A stretch of 64,000 bases of DNA. Source: a bacterium (lineage in GTDB: Bacteria; Margulisbacteria; Marinamargulisbacteria; SXXA01). Shown here piece after piece: positions 57,797-64,000 of the stretch; position 1 is the stretch's first letter; every line of letters starts with the position of its first letter. The stretch spans positions 580-64,579 of the forward strand of contig RHAI01000002.1 in assembly GCA_010028705.1 (NCBI GenBank). The letters are read 5' to 3'. The notes under the pieces are model-generated. The model did not search any database. It had not been told where the DNA came from and worked only from the letters and a program-made list of their open reading frames with translations. A program made the position numbers and the translations under genes.

Positions 57797-58242
57797 GGTC
57801 GGTGTCGTGAGTCGAGGATCATTGTCACGGGACCCATGTTAGTCAAAGAAACAGACATGTCTGCACCGAATTCGCCAGTGTGTAACCGTGGAAATCGTGA
57901 TCGCCAAGCGGAAACGATCATATCGTAAAGTGGACGAGCTTCTGACGGTGTCGCCGCTTGATCGAAGCTGGGACGACGACCTTTTTCACAATCTGCCAGC
58001 AGGGTAAATTGGGACACCAGAAGCAGATCCCCATTAATGTCTGTAATGGATTTGTCGAACCGGCCAGACTGATCGGGAAATAGCCTAAGGGTCGTGATTT
58101 TATTAAAAATGTAATCCGAGTCGGCCGTTGAATCCCCTTTGGCTATCCCGAGAAAAACAACCAGCCCCACCCCAATACGACTGATTGTGTGGTTATTTAC
58201 GGTCACCGATGCTTTGGTGACGCGTTGCGCGACAATTTTCAT
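57793..58242 (-). CDS. dtd: D-aminoacyl-tRNA deacylase
   Basis: MKIVAQRV...GVGLVVFLGI...LLVSQFTLLAD...SNMGPVTMILDS. The SQFTL motif is present. Confidence 0.85.
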   Translation of the reverse strand: MKIVAQRVTKASVTVNNHTISRIGVGLVVFLGIAKGDSTADSDYIFNKITTLRLFPDQSGRFDKSITDINGDLLLVSQFTLLADCEKGRRPSFDQAATPSEARPLYDMIVSAWRSRFPRLHTGEFGADMSVSLTNMGPVTMILDSRHRP

Positions 58243-58308
58243 GCTGATTTCGCCGATGTCATAATTTTAAATTGTAGGGGAAGCCTGATTTTTATTAAAC
58301 TATAGGAT

Positions 58309-59064
58309 ATGAAACGCCAGTTATGGGTGATGATGATCATTGTGGGAGCTTGGGCCGTATCGGTGCGTGGCCAAGTCGCCGTTGAGTCGTTTCGAAAATC
58401 CAAGTTAAATGCGGATACGTCTCAGTCGTTGGGACTTCAGTTCGATTATCTTTCCGGGAATAGCGAAATTTTAATGTTGAAACCCACGTATCGGATTGAT
58501 TTTATGACGCCCGTCGGCCAAAGTTTTGTGGTGGCGAATCTACAGTATGGAAATCGGTCGGGGGTTAACTCCGTTAATCAGGGCCTGATCCATTGGCGGG
58601 TAATGCAGCCGTGGTCAGAGCACACATTTGGGGAACTTTTTTTCCAAAAAGAATACAACGATTTTCGGTTAATTTCGGATCGTATGTTATTCGGCCTGAG
58701 CTATCGATATGTATGGGCCGATTTACTAGATAACATGGGGGTACGTTTAGCAACCGGTGTTGGAATTATGAATGAACGAGAGACCGAGAATAGAGTGGCC
58801 ACAACCGAGCATTTACGACTATCGACCTATGTGGCCATTGTACTGGCCGAGTCGGATATGACATTCACATCGGCGACCTATGTCCAGCCATCGTTAGTCG
58901 ATATCAATGATTTCCGGGTACTGTCTGACAACCAATTCACGTTTCAGTTACGTCCCAATGTATCGTTCAGGTGTAGTGCGGTGGTGTCGTATGACAATTC
59001 CCCGGCTCCCGGGGTAAAGACTCTCGATCTATCGGTATCGAACGGCATCGCTCTAAATTTCTAA
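58309..59064 (+). CDS. Putative outer-membrane beta-barrel protein (DUF481/YdiY-like?)
   Basis: Signal peptide MKRQLWVMMIIVGAWAVSVRG. Alternating amphipathic beta-strand pattern. C-terminal ...GIALNF ends in an aromatic residue, typical of OMP barrels. Confidence 0.45.
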   Translation: MKRQLWVMMIIVGAWAVSVRGQVAVESFRKSKLNADTSQSLGLQFDYLSGNSEILMLKPTYRIDFMTPVGQSFVVANLQYGNRSGVNSVNQGLIHWRVMQPWSEHTFGELFFQKEYNDFRLISDRMLFGLSYRYVWADLLDNMGVRLATGVGIMNERETENRVATTEHLRLSTYVAIVLAESDMTFTSATYVQPSLVDINDFRVLSDNQFTFQLRPNVSFRCSAVVSYDNSPAPGVKTLDLSVSNGIALNF

Positions 59065-60131
59065 TGAGACAAGAGGATGTGCGTGAATTATTAGACTGGT
59101 TTTTACATCATCAACGGGAGATGCCGTGGCGGTCTAATCCCATCCCGTATTGGGTTTGGATCAGCGAAGCGATGTTACAGCAAACTCAAGTAGCGACCGT
59201 TATTCCCTATTTTCATCGTTTTATTCAGCGGTTTCCCACGGTGGACTCGCTAGCGGGTGCAGATTTGCAGGATATTCTTAAAATGTGGGAGGGGTTGGGG
59301 TACTACAGCCGGGCCCGGAATTTACACCGTGCGGCGATATCAATTATGACGCAGTTTAACGGCCAAATTCCTGATGATTATGTAACCTTACAAACTTTAC
59401 CCGGATTTGGGCCGTATATTGCGGCCGCCGTTGTTTCAATTGCTTTCGAAAAGGCGGTCCCCGTAGTCGATGGAAATGTGTTGCGCGTGTTTTCTCGGTA
59501 TTGGGCGATAGCAGATGACATTTCCGCTGGACGTACGAGGTCGGCTATTTTTTCCCGATTAGTACCTGTGATTCAACACGTTAGGCCCAGTCAATTTAAC
59601 CAGGCGATTATGGAATTAGGGGCGCTTTATTGTACGCCGAAATCCCCTGCATGCCCGAAATGTCCGGTGAGATCGGGATGCGAGGCAAACGCTACCCAAC
59701 AAGTCGATCGTTTCCCAGTAAAAGCGAAGAAGGCGGCCGTTCCCCATTTTACGATTGGGGTGGGTGTAATTTGGCATGGGGGTCGACTATTAGTCACGCG
59801 CCGGAAGGAAGATCAAATGCTCGGAGGCCTATGGGAGTTTCCAGGGGGAAAACAACTGCCTGGGGAAGGAATTGTCGATACAATTCGTCGTGAGATTACT
59901 GAAGAGTTGGACATTTCGGTCACCGTTGGAGATCCGATTCAAGTGGTGAAACATGCCTATTCTCATTTTAAAATTACGATGATTGCCCACCATTGCACCT
60001 TCGATCATGGGGATATTAAGTTAAAATCGGCATCGGCGATGAAATGGGTGTGGCCCCATGAATTACAGGAGTTGCCATTTCCAAAAGCAAATACAAAAAT
60101 AATCGATACCCTATTAAAGGAGTGCCCATGA
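59064..60131 (+). CDS. mutY: A/G-specific adenine DNA glycosylase
   Basis: HhH-GPD glycosylase: WEGLGYYSRARNLHRAA. 4Fe-4S cluster loop CTPKSPACPKCPVRSGC. C-terminal Nudix-like domain. Confidence 0.85.
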   Translation: MRQEDVRELLDWFLHHQREMPWRSNPIPYWVWISEAMLQQTQVATVIPYFHRFIQRFPTVDSLAGADLQDILKMWEGLGYYSRARNLHRAAISIMTQFNGQIPDDYVTLQTLPGFGPYIAAAVVSIAFEKAVPVVDGNVLRVFSRYWAIADDISAGRTRSAIFSRLVPVIQHVRPSQFNQAIMELGALYCTPKSPACPKCPVRSGCEANATQQVDRFPVKAKKAAVPHFTIGVGVIWHGGRLLVTRRKEDQMLGGLWEFPGGKQLPGEGIVDTIRREITEELDISVTVGDPIQVVKHAYSHFKITMIAHHCTFDHGDIKLKSASAMKWVWPHELQELPFPKANTKIIDTLLKECP

Positions 60132-60685
60132 TTCAGGTTGTCAGTGATATCGATTTTACTATTTCAGTACCTCAGAAGACGCAGGTGCCATTTAACGCCC
60201 GGTGCCTCGCTTCTGGATCCGAACAGTGCCCAATATTTGAGTTTGAAAATCGGTTCCCGTGTGAACAGGGACGATGCGTACCTCGAGGTGATTCGGAATT
60301 CCACCGCTCGATGGGATGTGCACACCGAGACGCTTTTTCTGAAGAGTTTTATACATGGTTGGCCTCTTTGGATGTTGATCGTGACGAACCTATTCAATCG
60401 ACGATTGATTTCATTAGGTCGTTTGAAAGACCAGCAATTTTGCTGACTAACCGTGACGAGCAATGCCGAGAAAAGACAATCCAATTTATGAATCACCACC
60501 AGGTGCCATTCACCCAATTGAGGATGCGCGCGACCGGTGACTTGCGCCCACTGTGGGAGTTTAAGTTGGAGCAAATGGCGGATTTAGCAGCGGTATATAC
60601 AAAAATTATTTGGTTGGATGACCAACGGCCGCCGATCACCTTCCCCAATGTTGAGTGGCGCCATCCCGATTCACTGAATCACTAA
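60122..60685 (+). CDS. HAD-superfamily phosphatase-like protein (possible nucleotide/DNA 3'-phosphatase) with an N-terminal Cys cluster
   Basis: Motif I VVSDIDFTIS (DxDxT). A later LLTNRDE (motif II-like T) and WLDDQ (motif IV DD). Cysteines C..C..C..C between residues 28-76. 10-nt overlap with mutY. Confidence 0.4.
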   Translation: MPMIQVVSDIDFTISVPQKTQVPFNARCLASGSEQCPIFEFENRFPCEQGRCVPRGDSEFHRSMGCAHRDAFSEEFYTWLASLDVDRDEPIQSTIDFIRSFERPAILLTNRDEQCREKTIQFMNHHQVPFTQLRMRATGDLRPLWEFKLEQMADLAAVYTKIIWLDDQRPPITFPNVEWRHPDSLNH

Positions 60686-60796
60686 GACGAACTATTGGTA
60701 TCCACTGGACGCCCGTGGTTGAGGTTTTAGAGGTGCCTTCGCACCCACTGTGTTCGGTTCCCTAGGCTAGCCGCTGAGGCTTTAAGGTTATATATT

Positions 60797-61261
60797 GTGG
60801 TGATGAATCACGTGCTTCGTCGGCAAATTGCGTCTAATCGTCGCGCTTTTTTTGACTATGAAATTCTGGAAAAAATAGAAGCTGGCATCGTACTGCTGGG
60901 ACCCGAGATTAAATCGATACGTTCGGGACATGTCAGCATTAACGAAGCGTATGCCTATATCGATAGCGGCGAAGTGTGGTTGCTGAACTGTAACATTCGC
61001 GAGTACGACAAAATTGCTCACGAACACATTGAGCCAACGAGAACTCGAAAATTACTGATGCATTCTCGGCAGATTTCTAAATGGAAAGGTAAAACGGCTG
61101 AGAAAGGATACACGATTGTGCCGCTCCAACTTTATTTTTCAAAAAATATAGTCAAGATTGAATTAGGCCTTGCGAAGTCAAAAAAACTGTACGACAAGCG
61201 GCAATCGATTAAAGATCGGGAGGCCAAACGAGAAGCCGATCGAGCGTCAAAAAATTATTAA
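60797..61261 (+). CDS. smpB: SsrA-binding protein
   Basis: IASNRRAFFDYEILEKIEAGIVLLGPEIKSIRSGHVSINEAYAYID...KLLMHSRQISKW. Confidence 0.85.
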   Translation: MVMNHVLRRQIASNRRAFFDYEILEKIEAGIVLLGPEIKSIRSGHVSINEAYAYIDSGEVWLLNCNIREYDKIAHEHIEPTRTRKLLMHSRQISKWKGKTAEKGYTIVPLQLYFSKNIVKIELGLAKSKKLYDKRQSIKDREAKREADRASKNY

Positions 61262-61270
61262 GGAACTCTT

Positions 61271-61978
61271 ATGATCAAATCCGTAGTCACGTCCCAATTT
61301 TTAACGTTTGGATACCTCCCGGTAGCCATGATGCTTGGGGGGTTACACGCGTTGGAACCGGGCCACGCCAAAACCTTAACGGCGGCGTATTTAATCGGGA
61401 TTAAGGGGACCCGATCGGATGCTGTTTTGTTGGGTTTAGCCGTGGCGATTACCCACACTGCTGTTGTGATCGCACTCGCCATTGGGGTAGTGATAATGGG
61501 ACAAAATTCATTGTCCGAAGTGGGTGTGCGGTGGCTGGAGGTTGGCAGTGCAGTGATTGTTATTGCGTTGGGAACCTGGATGTTGTTGAGTCGCTGGCTT
61601 CATAGGCTTAGACACCATAACGGCCACGATCATCACCATCACGAATTACCGGATTACGTGGGGACAAACCACCGCCCGGGTCGTCTGCAAATTATTCTAT
61701 TTGGTGCGGCTGGAGGGCTTTTGCCATGCCCCGCATCAATTACCGTTATGTTGCTGGCCTTATCGGTCGGGCAACCAATTTCGGGTCTCTTAGCGGTTAT
61801 CGGCTTTAGTATTGGCTTGGCGCTGACCCTCGTCGCGTTTGGCGTCATGGTTGTTACGGGGATAAGTCGGTTTACGCAGTCAACGGGTAGATTAAATCGT
61901 ATTTCCCAGTGGTCGCCATTGATCAGTGCTCTGATGGTGATTGCCTCAGGAATAGCGGCCCTAATGATCCATTATTAA
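61271..61978 (+). CDS. NicO/RcnA-family nickel/cobalt transporter
   Basis: GLHALEPGHAKT signature. His-rich loop HHNGHDHHHHE. Second half GLLPCPASITVML. Confidence 0.75.
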   Translation: MIKSVVTSQFLTFGYLPVAMMLGGLHALEPGHAKTLTAAYLIGIKGTRSDAVLLGLAVAITHTAVVIALAIGVVIMGQNSLSEVGVRWLEVGSAVIVIALGTWMLLSRWLHRLRHHNGHDHHHHELPDYVGTNHRPGRLQIILFGAAGGLLPCPASITVMLLALSVGQPISGLLAVIGFSIGLALTLVAFGVMVVTGISRFTQSTGRLNRISQWSPLISALMVIASGIAALMIHY

Positions 61979-62736
61979 TGTTCTTTATTGTGTCTAAATT
62001 AGTGTCATGGCTCATTGATCCTATGACATGGGTGGTGGGTGGATTAATTATGGCTGCAATTGGCGTTCTATCGTCCAGGTCGGTTCTAATTCAGTCGGGT
62101 ATTATCGTTGCATTGGGGCTGGTTTTTTTAATTGGATGGACGCCAATTTCTCAATATTGCCTTCGTCAGCTCGAAATATCAGTACCGAACCCGAGTATTG
62201 ATTACGCTTCGGTGGCGGGGATTATAGTGTTGGGTGGGGCGATTGATGCCCCCTCGTCCCCTATGATATCCCGTGATATCCCACTCAATTCGAATGCTGA
62301 GCGAATGACCCGTACAGTGGAGCTTGCGAAACACTACCCTCACCTTCCCATTATTTTTACGGGGGATTCATCGGCATTGCGTGGGTCGTATCAATCTGAA
62401 GCGCAGTTGGCGGCTCAGTTTTTTCAAGATCAGGGAATAAAAAATGAACGGATTATCATCGAAGCGCGATCTCGAAACACATTGGAAAACGCTCGCTACT
62501 GCTCATATTTAATATCGAGTCGACGGCCCTGGGTGATCGTCACCTCCGCCTACCACATGCATCGGTCTCTGCAGGTGTTTAGGCGTTATCATCTTAATGT
62601 GGTTCCGCTATCAGTGGATTTTAGATCACCCGCTGATTTGGAATGGCTCGACTTTAGTTTCGAGCAGGGGTATAGTCGATGGAAGTTGGTTTTGCATGAA
62701 CGGGTGGGGGAATTCGTTTATAGATATGTCAAATGA
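61978..62736 (+). CDS. DUF218 (YdcF/ElyC/SanA-family) protein
   Basis: The start is set at ATG 61978, overlapping the preceding TAA as TAATG. N-terminal TM. IIVLGGAID...SAYHMHRSLQVFRRY. Confidence 0.7.
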   Translation: MFFIVSKLVSWLIDPMTWVVGGLIMAAIGVLSSRSVLIQSGIIVALGLVFLIGWTPISQYCLRQLEISVPNPSIDYASVAGIIVLGGAIDAPSSPMISRDIPLNSNAERMTRTVELAKHYPHLPIIFTGDSSALRGSYQSEAQLAAQFFQDQGIKNERIIIEARSRNTLENARYCSYLISSRRPWVIVTSAYHMHRSLQVFRRYHLNVVPLSVDFRSPADLEWLDFSFEQGYSRWKLVLHERVGEFVYRYVK

Positions 62737-62754
62737 GTCGCCAAAGGAAAATCT

Positions 62755-63789
62755 ATGACGTTATTTTATGCATTCATCGTGGCGCTACTCATCGCAATTT
62801 TGACGACTCCATTGATGCGCTGGATTGCCTGTCGATATTCGATACTTGATCGACCGGGGGGGCGTAAAGTGCACCGAAAATCCATTCCCTACTTGGGTGG
62901 AGGGGGAATATTTATTGGATTTGTCGTTGCGGTGTTTTTATTCTGTGACTCACCCAGCTCGATGCTAATACTGGTCGGAGCTTCCGCAACAACACTCTTG
63001 GGCGTTATTGACGATGTGACGATCATGTCGTCAAAAGTTAAGTTGTTGGGGCAAATTGTTATAGCATTAGGCACGTGTATCGGGGGAATATCGATTGATT
63101 ACTTGACGTCGCCGTTTGGAGGCACAATTTATTTGGGGGCGTTCAGTTGGACAATTACCATTTTATGGATTATTAGCTTAATGAATGTCGTCAACCTTAT
63201 TGATGGACTGGATGGATTAGCCGGAGGAGTTTCGGCCATATCAGCTGTCATGATTGCGATCGTCTCGGTTCAAACTGGGCAGTGGTCTGCGGCGATAGTA
63301 GCGATTGCACTTGCCGGGGCCTCACTGGGATTTCTCCGGTTTAATTTTCCTCCGGCAACTATTTTTATGGGGGATGCTGGCTCGATGCTATTAGGGTACG
63401 TTTTAAGCGTCGTCACAATTGTGGGAGTTCTTAAAAGTGAATTTGTGATTTCAATGGGTATCCCTATTATCGCGTTAGCCGTTCCAATTTTAGACACAAC
63501 GTTCGCGATCATTCGGCGTTTAAAAAAAGGGCAATCAATTATGAGCCCGGATAAAGAACATTTCCATCATCAATTATTAGATGCTGGACTGAACGTTAAG
63601 CAGGCGGTAATACTGATTTACGCGTGCACTTTTATGTTAGGCTTAGCCGCGATAATTGTTGGATATCTTGATGGAGTGGCTGCATTAGGATTTGTATTAA
63701 GTGTCACAATTATTGCGACGGGGATTTTTAAGTATTTAAAGCGTCGTTCCAAACATATTCGGACTCTTGTTCGGATGATTTCAGACTAA
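62755..63789 (+). CDS. Glycosyltransferase family 4 UDP-HexNAc:undecaprenyl-phosphate HexNAc-1-phosphate transferase (WecA/TagO/WbpL family)
   Basis: 11-TM MraY-like. DDVTIMSSKVK...NVVNLIDGLDGLAGG...FMGDAGSMLLGY. Confidence 0.8.
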   Translation: MTLFYAFIVALLIAILTTPLMRWIACRYSILDRPGGRKVHRKSIPYLGGGGIFIGFVVAVFLFCDSPSSMLILVGASATTLLGVIDDVTIMSSKVKLLGQIVIALGTCIGGISIDYLTSPFGGTIYLGAFSWTITILWIISLMNVVNLIDGLDGLAGGVSAISAVMIAIVSVQTGQWSAAIVAIALAGASLGFLRFNFPPATIFMGDAGSMLLGYVLSVVTIVGVLKSEFVISMGIPIIALAVPILDTTFAIIRRLKKGQSIMSPDKEHFHHQLLDAGLNVKQAVILIYACTFMLGLAAIIVGYLDGVAALGFVLSVTIIATGIFKYLKRRSKHIRTLVRMISD

Positions 63790-63838
63790 AAATATTTCCG
63801 TGAGTGATAGAGGCCGAAAGGTTCCCGCCGCTTAGGCA

Positions 63839-64000
63839 TTACTGGAGATGGGTCTTAACGCTGAGCGGCCGATCGTACCATGATTGCACGAAGTATTCCT
63901 TGGCGAGGTCGTCGTTCGTAATTGGTATCAGTTGGCCGTTCCCTGCAGCAAAAATCTTGGTGGAGTGTTGAGCGACCCAATCCAAATTGTGACCGCTCAC
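63839..64000 (-). CDS. Partial CDS (C-terminal end only); function unknown
   Basis: The minus-strand frame reads ...VSGHNLDWVAQHSTKIFAAGNGQLIPITNDDLAKEYFVQSWYDRPLSVKTHLQ* with the stop at 63839-63841. The gene continues beyond the window. Confidence 0.35.
   Translation of the reverse strand: MSGHNLDWVAQHSTKIFAAGNGQLIPITNDDLAKEYFVQSWYDRPLSVKTHLQ

Noticed and set aside
60686-60796. tmRNA (ssrA) next to smpB
   Set aside because: The intergenic region is only 111 nt and shows no tRNA-like acceptor/T-arm or tag-reading-frame features. ssrA must be elsewhere.
1-64000. CRISPR arrays, rRNA/tRNA genes, insertion sequences, integrases
   Set aside because: No regularly spaced direct repeats, no rRNA-like or cloverleaf-compatible segments in any intergenic region over 50 nt, and no transposase/integrase-like ORFs were seen by eye. 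A tRNAscan/Infernal run would be needed to be certain about small RNAs.

Overview
The window holds about 70 densely packed, mostly overlapping genes from what looks like a diderm (Gram-negative-type) bacterium. GC content is roughly 45-50% by eye. Several proteins are unusually short: IF-2 is 648 aa, MraY 295 aa and MurE 390 aa. There are no rRNA or tRNA genes, CRISPR arrays, transposases or integrases.

In order along the window:
- A partial AsmA/TamB-like gene, an lpxB-like gene and fkpA (1-3239), all on the minus strand.
- A three-gene module ending in a minimal secretin (3374-5451), closed by a strong bidirectional terminator.
- An RluA-family pseudouridine synthase, an HTH-XRE/class-III cyclase fusion and a lipoprotein.
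- A minus-strand operon of sigma factor, tandem hotdog dehydratase and folA.
- A reduced dcw cluster: murE-murF-mraY-murD-ftsW-murG. It runs into a rimK homologue that is disrupted by a frameshift.
- thiE with an N-terminal extension.
- An AT-rich pocket holding a secreted Lys/Ala-repeat mini-protein, two orphan hypotheticals and a Nudix-CutA fusion.
- ilvD, a parvulin-type lipoprotein foldase and ispE.
- A four-gene block of secreted proteins: three tandem paralogues with tail-fibre-like motifs plus a C-type-lectin-domain protein carrying an EPN/WND sugar-binding signature.
- The nusA-infB-rbfA-nrnA-truB-ribF operon.
- cobA, a TrpD-like gene and a methyltransferase.
- ftsK, a DUF192 gene, rpsT, accD, accA, recN, gpmI, wecB, a wecC-like dehydrogenase, glmS and dnaE.
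- A tightly overlapping minus-strand operon: dtd, a Trp-rich protein, a PnuC-like fragment, an EamA transporter, a stand-alone aminoacyl-PG-synthase-like (DUF2156) protein, a PAS histidine kinase and a REC-PAS regulator, running straight into dnaE.
- A putative outer-membrane barrel protein, mutY, a HAD-like phosphatase, smpB, a NicO/RcnA transporter, a DUF218 gene, a WecA-family transferase and a partial minus-strand gene at the window end.

The strongest novelty candidates are the secreted paralogue/C-type-lectin block, the orphan mini-secretin module, the stand-alone DUF2156 operon and the disrupted rimK.

The ORF track uses GTG/TTG starts as well as ATG. I revised several starts using ribosome-binding sites, operon overlaps and domain boundaries.
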